A stretch of DNA of 64,000 nt. Source: Podarcis liolepis. Taxonomy: Eukaryota. The stretch lies in NCBI GenBank assembly GCA_965112155.1, contig OZ218105.1; one strand, 5' to 3'. Shown one piece after another: positions 27,451 to 40,472 of this stretch. Every line of letters starts with the position of its first letter. Within the stretch, counting starts at the first letter, position 1. Under the pieces are notes generated by a model. That model was given only the letters and a program-made list of their open reading frames with translations, was not told the DNA's origin and ran no database searches. Made by a program: the position numbers and the translations under genes.

Positions 27451-28087
27451 CTTCAAAATAACAAGAGAAGTCAGTGAGCTAGGCTTATTCATTTGTTAGA
27501 AACCCATTATATTACAACAACTGGGAGACTAAATGCTTTAGGTGTTTTGTACAAAATAGCTGAGAGAAAGTAAGAAAGCATTTGAATACATGCTCCAGAA
27601 ATGGCACTGAGTTTCTCAGGTTGAAAAAGAAAGTGAAGAATAGTTGCATACTAAAGCATAAAAAGCTGTGTGCTCCACATCTTGTAATGCCTTACTAATA
27701 ATCCAGAACAAATGGAGCACATAAACCTCAGTCTAAGACATAAGATGTCAGGAAAGTAGCCACAATAAGAATCTCTGTTTTATGAAAGTATCCTTGAACT
27801 AGGGCTCTAGTTCAAATTTAGCCTCCATTTTTTTTGTGAAATGAAAAATGTGGGCTTCTTGCTGAATCCTGCATCTTAGTGAACCTGGCTGGTGATATGT
27901 ATATTTGTTCAGAAAACACAAGAATGGGAAATGTGATTGAAATCAACAATTTATGTTAGATCTTTTTTCTTGGTGATTTAAATCACCTCAATTTAATACG
28001 TATCCACCTTGCTCAAAAACATCAATAAGTTCTATTTCTTTTTATGCCAGTGCAACCAGATCAAGAATGCAAGAGTTCATTTTATAC

Positions 28088-28231
28088 CTATCATAGGAGA
28101 TGACATAGTACTGTCCTCTCCTCCTGAATTAAGGAAGACATCTAAGGCTTCTTGGTCAGACATATCCACAAGGTCCATTTGTTCCAACATGTCCACATTT
28201 ACTTCCATAGAAGACATGCTTCCAATCGGCT
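28088..28231 (-). CDS. DTNBP1: DTNBP1 exon 9 (dysbindin domain)
   Basis: tggcag|AG, TAG|gtataa; (E)[47 protein letters not shown](G), 144 nt. Confidence 0.96.
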
Positions 28232-29226
28232 CTGCCATAAGAAAAAGGTAAACAAGTAAACTTGAAAATCTAACCCATATATGTTCACTTTTGGAGAAAA
28301 CTATGGCATGAATTAAGCATACTGGAAGATAACATTTACGGTTAGTGAATAGGCATCCTTTTACCTTTATTTTTTTTAAAAAAATACTTGCACTGGATTT
28401 ACAGTTTTACTTTCTGAAATTCATGTAATGGAACTACTTCAGACTTCATTCCCAAACCTAGGATGATGCAACTTACATTTTAAAAAAGATTTTTATCATT
28501 ATGAGACAGGTAAGTAAAACTAATCTTAACTGCCATTGCAAGAAGCTAACATCCCAATCTCAAACTGCTATTAAGAGGTGGCTTAATTTCTCCAGAATTA
28601 ACCCTGAGACTAACAGAATGTGCTAGGTTGTGATAGAAGCCCCAGAAGTTTCAGGCATTGTAAAAGTCCTTTGTACATGTGTAGGAAATCCTACTGTGAC
28701 AACGAAGGTGCTGGATCCAGGGCACTTGAACTGTGGAAGATCAACAGAATCCATCTGGAAAAGTCTTAAACCATTAAACTTACTTCAGAACCTACAGCTT
28801 TCATACATCTATACAGTTGCTATACCACAGGCCTTCGGATTCGGCTGTGTTTTCTTCCATACAATTCATCATTGTGGAGGAAAACAGCTACAGCAAAACT
28901 GCAATCTGTCACTTACTTGTTCATGTGGAGCAACTGCAATATTAAAATTTATCAGCCCTCATCCCACCCACTGGTGCTATGCTATTTCCAGCTGCAGCGC
29001 CTCAATCGCAGTCCTGCATATAGGACAGTCCTTTGCCTGCTGTTACATTCTTAGAAGCTAAGTGGGTCTCATTCTGCTCACTGGTTGAAGAAGAGAATGC
29101 TCAAACAAGCCAGCCAATAAGAACTTATAAATGAAAAAACAGGATAGAGATGTACTGAAGGAACTAAAATCTTGCTTCCTCTTGGGATCTAGCTTAAAAA
29201 TTACACAGAACATTTTCAGTACTTGC

Positions 29227-29382
29227 CTCGTCTGTCAGTTATTTGCAGATAGCCTGTGGAGAGATACTGTTCCATGTCCTGCTGAAAAGCTTCTTCAAAG
29301 AACTTTTGCCGCTCCTTTAGCTTCATTTGCTGGGTATGCTCCATAGCCAACACCTTCTGTGCATGCTCTGCATCAAGCTCAG
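29227..29382 (-). CDS. DTNBP1: DTNBP1 exon 8
   Basis: ctgcag|CT acceptor; (A)[51 protein letters not shown](E), 156 nt; donor is GAG|GCAAGT. Confidence 0.95.
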
Positions 29383-30869
29383 CTGCAGTAGAGAAATATG
29401 CATTAAGCCTGAAAGATTCTCATTTCAGTGTTTTCAGAAGCATTTATGTTTTATGCATCCTGCTTCCCAAGGAAGTAAACTCTGCAAAAAACAAAACCCA
29501 GTTGACAGAACTCATTTTTAAAGTTATTTCCTTAGGCATTTAAGACTAGTATTTTTTTTCCATTAAAAAGAAATACTGAAGAGCACTTGCTTGGCGAGGA
29601 GCTTCTGAAGAAAACAAATGCGCATCCCAATATATTATCTGTCTGTGGCTGTAAGGCAAATGAGTTAAGGACTTCAGAAATTAGGGACAAGCCATTTTGT
29701 AGAAAGAGTAAAACTGAGAAGTAAACACACTCTTCTTTGCCATTGTGTTATATAAGCTGGTAGTGTCTGTATTATTTTACGTAGGCTAAAAACCACAGAG
29801 CTTGTCCCATGTAATGAGCAAATGTTAGTTCTGCTATGATGCAGAAAGGCAATTCTATTGTAATAATAGGCCAGGAGCTATTACTAAGTATAGAAATCTA
29901 TTTATTTGCCCCTAATATTGCCTGGCAGTTTTGAATTTTAATGGCAACATCCATTTTCTTCTATCCCCGAAATAGACATAGCAGCTAAGCAACAAATGGA
30001 GTTTATGTAATATTTTACCAAGCCTCTCTCCACTCCCAGTTAGCCTTTTATGTTTAAATTGATAAAGAAGGTTGCTGTCAACTTTGCAAGTCTGTTGTTG
30101 TAATCGATTCTATAGATTGGTGCCTATGGCATTTATAGATACATTCTTTCCGAAGTGTGTTATGAGGACGCACAGTTCACTTGTGTATTCCCCCAATGTG
30201 ATCTTTGGAATGTTTTGATTGTTTTATATTGGTTTGTTTTAATGTTTCATCTGTAATAAAATATTTTTTAAAAAGCAACTGCTAAAGTGTCAACAGTATC
30301 CTAAAATGTAATATACAAAGCCTACACAAACAGTATGTGGGATTTACCTGACTTTACCATTTTAAAAACATTTAAAATGATATTGTGCCATTTACATACA
30401 TATAACATAATTATAAAAGTTGCACAACTAAAACTATAATAATCATGAGTTGCAAATACCACCAATCAAGCAACAAAACCTGCTGCTCACTAACTGAGCA
30501 GCCTATGCACAACCACCACATTTCACAACTACATGAGTAGGAAAGACAAATAGTTACATGAAATACTTCATTGCTGCAATTTTCTCTCACTGTTTTGTCA
30601 CCAGATACACCTTTGCCTTGTCTTGGTGTCAAAGAACTCTGAGGAAATTTTCTAGTTTGGTTTTTAGAGTCAGCTTTTTCTTAGCTAATTCTCTGTGGCA
30701 CACTCATTCAACTTATTCATGTTATATTCTGTCCAGAGTCCTGTATCTGTCCATGTTTCAAGTTGCTGAGGCAACTTCTTCCTTCCCCACATATAAGTGC
30801 ATCATAAAATATGATTATTTAGAATTGCAACACAGCCAGAAATATATGTAAGCTTAGATGGCATATACT

Positions 30870-31520
30870 GCCTCACTGACACTCCTTTGAATAACACCAG
30901 TTAATTGTTCATTGACTAACATTATCAAATGGCACTGGGGAAGATAACTATTTTCCACCAATTTTCCAAGGACAGGCTTTCAGCTAATTAGCCTGCAATT
31001 TCCAGAATCCCCTGATGAACCCTTTTTAAAAATTGGTGTTAACATTGGTCACTTTCCAGTCCTCTGATATGGAGGTTTATACTGGGGAGAAGTTACATAT
31101 TTCCATTAGAATATCAGCAATTTCACAGTTGAGAACTCTCAGGATGATGCCATCCAGACTCAGTTATTATCAGTTTTTATTTTATCTATTAGGCCTAGAA
31201 TGTCATATTTCATCAATATTTTGCCTCAATTTTTCAGACTACCTTCCAGGGATGCAAATAATTTGTTCAGCTTCTCTGCAATTTCCTACTTTAGCACACC
31301 TTTGACCCCCTTGGTCATCCAAGGGTCCAAGCCTCCCTAGACTATCTCCTGTTACTAATATATTTAAAGATTTTGTTGTTGTTGGCCTTAGCATGCTCCT
31401 CAAATTCTTTTCTAATGTCCTGTATTGTCTGCTTTTGCCAAAGTTTGTTCTTCTCATTTGGGCATTTTTTGAGGAAAGCTTTTTTCTAAGAGCTTCCTTG
31501 AAAGTGAATCATGCTGCCAT
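30870..31520 (-). mobile_element. Degraded CR1 LINE ORF2 fragment (linker to start of RT)
   Basis: Minus strand contains EDWKVTNV..IFKKG...SGNCRLISL-like remnants of the CR1 'PEDW..ANVTPIFKKG...PGNYRPVSL' motif; boundaries approximate. Confidence 0.7.
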
Positions 31521-33470
31521 CCTGGTGCTTCTGGAGCTACATTCCAATATATAGCATGAACAAGTCTAACCAGTAAGTTCTCTATATTCTTTGCGTATTA
31601 AATCTTTTCTGTAGGTTAAAATGAAAAGTGTCAAGCTGAATCGGTATTGCCTAATATTTTCTCCATTAATTTTCTTCCAATATACTTCTGCACAGAGGTA
31701 TGTCTACCACATACGGCAGAGATCTCCTCATTTAAAAAAATGTTTCCAGCCAATAAAAATACAGTTACTGGTTTTACTCATGGTTACTAAAGTAACATAC
31801 CATCTAGTTGCCATTTTATATCAATTTCCCATTCTGTTCACAAATATTCCAAAAGTTCTTACTTGGATATTATCTCCTGCATCTTGTGCCTATCTAATCT
31901 TCAAGTCTGCAGCTTATTCCATTTCACACTCCATTTTTAATAGAATTGTACACATTTTAGACAGTAACAGTGCAACCCTGTATATGCCTAGTCAGAAGCA
32001 AGTCCCATTGAGTTCCATGGGGTTTGTTTCCAAGTAAGTGTGCAAAGGACTGCAGCCCCTGGGTGAATTCCAACTGTGGCCACCACTGGTGTAACAGAAC
32101 TTCCTATCCTTCCCTCTGCAGCTCCCCCACCATGCACCAAAGTCTGCTCCAAAGACTTGGAAGACTCTTCAGAGTAAATTGTGGGAGGGGAGGGAATGGA
32201 ATATCACTCTAAATGGTTTTTTCATAGTACCACTGTTTCCCATACTGTGTCTTTTTTCAAATGATTGAGAAAATCATCTGATATAAGAACTCTACATTTA
32301 AAGTACTTAAAATATTGCAATATATTTTACCAAATGCATTTTTACCCTGCTCTTCAGCCAAAAATGTTCCCAGAGCTACTTACAGAACAATAAAAATCAA
32401 AAAGGTCCCTGTACTCAGGCATATAATCTAACAGACAGAACACAAAAAAGGGGGAAAGATGAGGGAGGAAGCAGCAAACCTAGCACCAGTTCTTAACACA
32501 ACAGAGTTCTTATGTAATGACCAACTTGGATAGGAACTGCATAGCTGCAAGAAGAGCCAAAAGGATATGCTCTCTTAGCACTGCCGATGAAAGCTCACAT
32601 CTATTTTTAATTTCATTACAACTTAACACTCTCTTGTATATTATTAGATATTTATATCTGTTTGTATCTCTCTGCCAATGATATCTAACTGAGCCTGTTC
32701 TTAATGGTGAGTGCAACTGTTTCAGTTAAACAGACAAAATTAAGAACCAGGACAATTGCCGCCATTAGTTGTCTGACAGAAGAGAAGACCAAGAAAGCAT
32801 GATGCTAGAAAGCAACCATACAAGAATTAGCATCCAAGCAAAAGGATCATCCAACACTATTTCCCCTGATTCTCTGAATATTTAAAATAAAATAGGACAC
32901 GCTGTAGCAGATGCATTATTGCTTTTCAGTAGTTAATCCCATTTTTCCATCTGTACAGAGGTGAAACAGTTCTGATTTTTTAAGTGCGCCATGATCTTTC
33001 TTCTATAGAATTTCCTTTACACACAGAGAGTGGATTTGTCACTGGCCCGTGGCTTGATCCTACTACAGTGGTGCCTCGCAAGACGAAATTAATTCGTTCC
33101 GCAAGTCTCTTCGTCTTGCGGTTTTTTCGTCTTGCGATGCACGGTTTCCCATAGGAATGCATTGAAAATCAATTAATGCGTTCCTAGGGAAACCGCCTTC
33201 AGACCAGGTCCGGGGACAGTCTATCCCCGGACCTCTTCTGAAGGCTGGGGGGGGGGACAAGGGCTTTTCTTCCCACCCCCAGCATTTTAAAAAACCCTGG
33301 GACAGCGGAGGACTTCTCCGCTGTCCGGGGCGATGTTAAAATGCTGGCGGGCGGCATTTTAAAATCGCCCCGGACAGCAGAGGACTTCTCCGCTGTCCGG
33401 GGCGATTTAAAAGCCCCTGGGAAGGCAGGCAGGGGGGACAAAGACTTTCGCCCCCTGCCCGCCTTCAGAA

Positions 33471-33739
33471 GGTGTTCCCGCCCCCCGCCCCGCTTCGGAA
33501 CAGCGTTCCGAAGTGGGGCGGCTGGGGCAGGTGTCCCCGCCCCCCTCCCCGCTTCGGAACAGCGTTCCGAAGTGGGGCGGCTGGGGCAGGTGTCCCCGCC
33601 CCCCCTCCCCGCTTCGGAACAGCGTTCCGAAGTGGGGCGGCTGGGGCAGGTGTCCCCGCCCCCCTCCCCGCTTCGGAACAGCGTTCCGAAGTGGGGCGGC
33701 TGGGGCAGGTGTTCCCGCCCCCCCCCCTTCGGAACAGCG
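33471..33739. repeat. Minisatellite, ~59-60-bp unit x ~4.5, each with a 14-bp-stem hairpin
   Basis: Units start at 33471, 33530, 33589, 33649, 33708; core CCCCGCTTCGGAAC-AGC-GTTCCGAAGTGGGG. Confidence 0.95.
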
Positions 33740-34503
33740 TTTTAAAATGCTGGGGGTCGGCAGCGCTTCGCTCCCAACCCCCAGCATTTTAAAACCTCCC
33801 CGGGACACGGGGAGATTTTAAAATGCTGGGGGTCGGCAGCGCTTCGCTCCCAACCCCCAGCATTTTAAAACCTCCCCGGGACACGGGGAGATTTTAAAAT
33901 GCTGGGGGTCGGTAGCGCTTCGCTCCCAACCCCCAGCATTTTAAAACCTCCCCGGGACACGGGGAGATTTTAAAATGCTGGGGGTCGGCAGCGAACGCTT
34001 CGCTCCCGACCCCCAGCATTTTAAAATCTCCCCGGGACAGGGGGAGATTTTAAAATGCTGGGGGTCGGCAGCGAACGCTTCGCTCCCGACCCCCAGCATT
34101 TTAAAACCTCCCCGGGACACGGGGAGATTTTAAAATGCTGGGGGTCGGCAGCGAACGCTTCGCTCCCGACCCCCAGCATTTTAAAATCTCCCCGGGACAG
34201 GGGGAGATTTTAAAATGCTGGGGGTCGGCAGCGAACGCTTCGCTCCCGACCCCCAGCATTTTAAAACCTCCCCGGGACACGGGGAGATTTTAAAATGCTG
34301 GGGGTCGGCAGCGAACGCTTCGCTCCCGACCCCCAGCATTTTAAAATCTCCCCGGGACAGGGGGAGATTTTAAAATGCTGGGAGTCGGCAGCGAACGCTT
34401 CGCTCCCGACCCCCAGCATTTTAAAATCTCTGCTGTCCCTTGGAGATTTTAAAATGCTGGGGGTCGGCAGCGAACGCTTCGCTCCCGCCCGCCAGCATTT
34501 TAA
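33740..34503. repeat. Minisatellite, 76/80-bp palindromic unit x ~10
   Basis: Units start at 33740, 33816, 33892, 33968, 34048, 34128, 34208, 34288, 34368, 34447; TTTTAAAATGCTGGGGGTCGG...CCGACCCCCAGCATTTTAAAA. Confidence 0.95.
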
Positions 34504-36331
34504 GATCGCCCGGGGCAGGCGGGGAGGAAGGCAGGCGGGGGGGAGCAAAGACTTTTGCCCCCCGCCGGCCTTCAGAAGAGGTCCTCTTCTGAAGGCCGGC
34601 TGTGGGCGAAAGTCTTTGCTCCCGACCGCCAGCATTTCCCTATGGGCTTTCGTCTTGCGATGCAAGCCCATAGGGAAATTCGTCTTGCGAGTTTTCCGTC
34701 TTGCGAGGCATTCGTCTTGCGGGGTACCACTGTATAAATAGGAATGCGTTTGCAATAGCAGGGTACTGATCAGGCAGAAGAGATCCATGCAAGTGTGTGC
34801 ATTAAGAACCAGCCAGGAACTTCATTCCTCATTGATTAAGCTTTCACTGACCAGTAAGAATGGGATGTTTTGTGTGTCTGAATTCCTGAAGGTGTTGTGG
34901 TGTCTTTAATATGCTTTTATACTACTGTTTTATTAGTTTTATGTTGTATTTTTCTTTTAACAATATTGTATATTTTATATTGTACACCACTTAGGTTTTC
35001 AAAAAAATAAGCACTTTATAAACACTTTTAAACAAGCAAATAGAGAAAACAAAACTCCACACAATTACTCTCACTTATGTAGTTGCCTAATTCAATAATT
35101 CTGGTGACTGAGAAATGGGCTCATACTACAAGCTCAATAGTGAGTAGGCTGAGCAAGCTGTGTGTTATGACAAACTTGTTGTATACTAAGAAGAGACAAC
35201 TTGAACATATTGAGCATCATATGAAACGGCTGCCATCTCACAACCACAGTTACAACCTTGGGAAATGTTTTAACACCTAGCAGGTTTCTTTGATGCATAA
35301 CGATCTGCACTGCCCATCCAAACTTGACTGTTCAATCATTTTAAGCACAGAAAAATAAACTATGCAGCACACATATTTAAATCATACTCTTTCCACAAAG
35401 CCCCATGACTGGGCTGTTTGTTCGACTCTAGAAATGCACATTAGCAGTTGGGCTGAACTCCTGCTGATTCAGGGAATCATTTTCATACAAAACTGAACTG
35501 TTCTGTTCTGTGGCAAGTTGCAATGAAGCAAAAATATCTTGATTAAGTGAGCAGGTATTGGTGGTACAGCAACTTGAAACAGCACAGGGCAGCTATACAC
35601 ATTAAAAAAGACTAATGTGTAAGAATGTCATTAAGGCCTTTTGCCCAAAGCACAATGAACTGCTTGCTTGTTTGGTGGTGGAAGGCAAAGACAAGTTGAT
35701 TATTTAGCTGAAGCTGTACAAGTAATAAATGCAAGTATGCTGTCAAAATATTGGTGCAGGTATGAACAAACAATTATCCAAGACTTGTTAATATCTGGCA
35801 GTATAGTGCCAACTGTAAAACATTATGAAAGAGCATTCGACTTCAAGCTCACTTCATTTGTTTATGAGATCTGTATGCCACCTCTTAATATAAAGTTCTC
35901 TCAGTGGTTTCATTCTCATGCCTTTTCATGGAGAAAGCCATCAATCATTAGAAAGATAATAAGAACAAGACTAACTGATACTCTGTTCCAGCACTGCCTA
36001 GACAGTATGTTAGGCAGTTGTCTCTTTTGAAGCAAACAGTCTTCTGTCAACCAGCAATCAGGTACAATTAATGTCCCTAAGATCAGTGCTGCCAGGCTAC
36101 AATCTTGAAATCTTACTCAGCAGGCAATCACACTCAATTTCCTCTTCCATGTATATTTAAAGAAAGCTTTCCTCCTTAACAAATTTGACCCTCTCCGACA
36201 TGAAAATAGTTGCTCATTCCCATTCTCCAAGCAAGCAATTTCATCTAAACACAACTTCCCTGTGTGAGTTCTCTCAACATGTCACTATAACCTTTATTAA
36301 GCTTATCTGGGGACAATGGAAGGTCCTCCAA

Positions 36332-36483
36332 CATGGGCGTAGCCACGGGGGGCAGGGGAGCAGCTGCACCCTCAGATCAAGTAACTCAATAGAAATACTT
36401 AACTAATTGACCAATAATGTCAGTTCTGTTCCCCTAATGAAGTCCAGCCATCCCCCTAAAAAAAATCCTGGCTATTGCCCATG
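36332..36483. mobile_element. hAT-family MITE with 8-bp TSD
   Basis: Ends CATGGGCGTAGCCA / TGGCTATTGCCCATG; TCCTCCAA duplicated at 36324-36331 and 36484-36491. Confidence 0.85.
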
Positions 36484-38917
36484 TCCTCCAACTTAGTATA
36501 TAGGAAAATTCCTTGCACACAGAGTGTAAACCTTACTAATTGAACTTCTATGTCGCATCAATGGGCTACATCAGTTTAAGTCAGGAGGCAGATGAAATTT
36601 ACCTGCTTCAAACTCCAAACATTGTTTGGAGTAGAATTCTAGAGTCTGAAGAGGGAATCATCCAAAATAATTACAACATGGTAGCACTGAACCATACCCA
36701 TCCAAAAACACTAATATTTATAGCCATCCTATTTCTTGAACACAACACACAAAACACAAAGTTCAAACTCAAAATTGCTTTTCAACACAACACAGCTTTT
36801 CCCATGAAATTAACTGAAACAAAATAGCAAGCACTATTTCCACCTGAAAGCAGTCACGACTCACAACACATCTGTGAAACTTACCCTCTGTAACATTACT
36901 GTTCAAGATATGAAACAAAAAAAATGCAATTGCAAAGAAGTTCTTGTAGTAAATGTACTACTTTTAGGTAGTTCCCTACACACCTATTTACTTACCTATA
37001 CTAATAGTATCAAAATGTTTTATGTTGCTGCAGACCACCAGAATCAACACCACCAGTGAGCACATCTAGATACTTTACTTTGCTTTGTAAAAGCAGCTGG
37101 AGGAAGCCCATCATTCCCAATGCACTACCGGAAATATTACTATAGTCAAGCGGAAACAAAGCAGTCAAGAACTAAAGATACTAAAAAAATGTAGAAAGTG
37201 CAGAGATCAAAAAAGCATCTAGGGAAAGATATTAAATTCAATACATTTAACTTTAAAGTATCAAAGCTCATATGTACTTTAGATATACTGGTAGGTTAAT
37301 AATCCAGTGCTATATTTAAAATCTGAGACATTTCCATGAATTCTGTCTTTGTTTTTGCAGGATGGGGGCAAAAAAATCACATAACTTTAAAGTCGCAGCT
37401 GGTCTACAAATTTATGTTTCAGCAGCTGCACTCTGCTCCCAATGACCTCACGGATATTTTGTATTGTTCATCCAAATGACAAAAGGTATTATGTAATACT
37501 AGGAAAACCTGCAGTTCCTAGAATTTGAGACTTCCTTCCCCCACATTAAAATATATCTTCTATTTTATTGAACTGAAATTGAATATATATATTTTTAAAA
37601 AGAATACAACTAAAGGCTCTGTGGTAAATCAAAACACTCTGACAGGTGTTATGGTGTCAGTTAGAGGGAGTGGGCAGAACACAAGGGAACAACTTCAGTC
37701 AGAATTACTCACAGGACATCTCCCACTTGATATTTTCCAGTTGGTTGTAATTCTGCACAGGAATGGATATGAACTGAACTTGGCCACTGGTTAATAGGAT
37801 TGGAATCAAACTGTTGTTGAGTTCTTGAAATTGGGGGGGGGGGGGTCTTCATAAATGTTTTGAAGAAACATTGTATGGTGTTAAATGTCTTTATCATACT
37901 GGTTCATGTGGGATAACCAGCCCTATATAACGAACATGCTTAAGTCTAATTAATGCATAAAGGGTTTAATACCAGTAAACTGTCCTGTCAAGCTTTGCTA
38001 AGTCAATTCACTTAGGAGAAAACAGGTAATCAAGCCTATTATTGTTCTTCTCCAATCTACCTGGGAGGTTCAGCATGTGAAGAGGTTTGAGCTAGTTGCT
38101 CAAGCTCATCCGCATGGCTCTCACAATCCGCTCCTAAGTTCCTATAACCAATAATTTCTTTTATTGCCTGTGGAACTTTTCTGAATGTTGGATTGAAAAG
38201 CACATGAATCAGACCTTTGGAGAGTTTGTAAGTAAACCATTATTATCTTCCCAGACATGGTATTCTTCTATGCTAGGGGCAGAGGGAAACTTTGGAAAGC
38301 AACATTTTAAGGGGACATTTTGGAACTCACTTGGAGGGGCATGGTTTAAAGGTCTAACCACCCTATATTTCCACGCTGTTGCATATTCTGTGACTTTAAA
38401 TCTTTAAATTCATATGTTCATACATTAAGCAAAGACTCTGGAACAAGCAGAATGGTACACTTGCAACCCTAAAGATGACAGGATCTAATGCTACTACCTC
38501 AGTGGATTTGACTACCTGGAAAATCATCAACTGACAACGGCCTCTGTCTTGGGCCAGTTTGCTCCCAGTCAACTGCACAGTAACTGCCATGGTTTTCTGT
38601 TTCCTGTCATCTATTTATTAAAATGTTTCAACAGTTCTTAACAACTGCATTTTCTCCCTAAGTCTCTCCCAGCTCCTACTGTTGAGGTACAAATTTAATT
38701 GCTGTGATGCATTACAACCTCCCCAGAGCTTTCAAAATGATTTTGTACATGTCTTTCCATCACTCCCTCTAGTGGTGCTACTGCTACCACCACCAATGAA
38801 AATCTACAAAATCCCAAGTTCTTGAATATATTTTTCTAAAAAGAAGCAAAAAGACTCTTGGCAGAGTTGTCATTAAAGCCACTTAAGTATGCAATAATGT
38901 TTCACTAGCCTTAAACT

Positions 38918-39001
38918 GTCGTGGCCATTAAACTGAGATGAGCGCCGCAACCCCAGAGTCATCCGTGACTGGACTGAATGGTCAGGGGTCCCTTTACCTT
39001 T
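38918..39001 (+). mobile_element. Sauria SINE 3' fragment
   Basis: GAGATGAGCGCCGCAACCCCAGAGTC...GACTGGAC...GGTCAGGGGTCCCTTTACCTTT, an (ACCTTT)-type tail; TTAAACT on both sides. Confidence 0.75.
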
Positions 39002-40472
39002 AAACTTCATCAGTTATTCAACAACAAAAAGTACATAAGTTATCTATTTGCCAACATATTACTTTCTGGAATGATATTTTTGAACTAGATAGCATTTGAA
39101 TTAGATAGCATTAGCTGAGGCAAGAACACACACACAAATTCTAAGCTGCATCTGTACACCTATTTTGCCTTAGGGTATACAGTGTACCATATGTCGTAGC
39201 ATAAAGAAGCCACAATCACAGCTGCTTCTTAGCAGTGATAAACCCTTTCCACATTTCTTGCTGACCTATGTCTAGAGCACTCTATGCCCTCACTTTTCTC
39301 AGAATCATCTAGATTAAATGGACTTTGTAAATACTGATATCATGAGCTTTGGTATTTTCCTTCATTGATGATTCATTGTTATTTATCATTTCAAGAGTTT
39401 GTAGACTACAAGCACTTTGGGCTGCAATTGATAATTGACCACACAAATGGCAACGAAAACAAAAATATAGTAGATTAAGAGTTCAGGTGTAAGTTTCTCT
39501 CTGACTGCATGGAAAACAGAGATAAAGCAGAAGATAGGCTACATCTTAGGCACTCTCCTGTAAAAGGCATCAACTTGCAAAAGAATCAGCCAGCCATGAG
39601 ATTTCAAAGCTTTACCTACTGACTCATAACAAACACATTCATCTTGCTACTATTCAGCAGCACTCCATTCTGTCAAAGAACTGCAAGTTCTTTCCTAATC
39701 AATACAAACAAGCCTTGCACAATCTTGTTAAGATGGGGTTTTCTCCACAGTCCATTTGAAAAGATGATCTGTCTGTAAAATCTGTAAAGAATAGTCATTA
39801 AAGTCAACTAAAAATGTCAACCTACACTTTCCAAGTCCGCATTGATAAGCTATCTTACTGTGAGAAGTGTTACTGTGAAACAAACCTGTCTCCTAAGCAG
39901 TGTCTGTTAAATGTGAGTGTTAGTAAGATTTTAGCCGCCTTCCACATGCTTCTCATTCCCCTTCTTTTTCCCTTCTGTTAAAATACCTTAATACATAAAT
40001 TCCCTTCAGCATTTAGATACCTCTAGTGAACTGGGCTACAACCCCAAGCATTCTTATTAGGGACCAAGCTCAATGGAAATATTTTGGATGTTGCTGTTGA
40101 TCATTCCTCTGACATCCCCTTCAGTCGCAGTCATGACAGACAACAAAGAATACCTTTTAGTATTCTTACGTTGTAGTCGTTTAACTTAAGGCAATGAACA
40201 CATCCATGCAAGTGGCTATGCAGAAGAGGCACCCCTCTACCCTAGCTTTTGACATCTGAGATATGTTTTCTCAGGACCCACCCTATTCATGTGACTGCAA
40301 TTTGTTTTAACTGTTTTTATTATTGAATTTTAAATTGCTGTAACCTGCTCTGGGACCTGCTGATGAAAAGGAGACAATAAATTGAATCATCATCACCATC
40401 CTATAAAAAAAGTCACTCACATTGTGTTAGTTGCAGATTAATTTTTGAGGCTCTTTGGTTCTATTAAAAATA

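Larger units (their letters stand above)
33066..34732. mobile_element. Non-autonomous Tc1/mariner (Tigger/pogo-like) DNA transposon with internal tandem hairpin arrays
   Basis: TIRs CAGTGGTGCCTCGCAAGACGAA / TTCGTCTTGCGGGGTACCACTG, TA on both sides (33064-65, 34733-34), repeated subterminal TCGTCTTGCG motifs; no transposase ORF. Confidence 0.92.

Noticed and set aside
33471-34503. Regularly spaced palindromic repeats resembling a CRISPR array
   Set aside because: The intervening sequences are near-identical rather than unique spacers, there are no cas genes, the context is a vertebrate intron, and the array lies within transposon TIRs
33063-34788. Several overlapping 100-175 aa ORFs on both strands
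   Set aside because: They are translations of GC-rich tandem repeats with periodic peptides and no domain similarity
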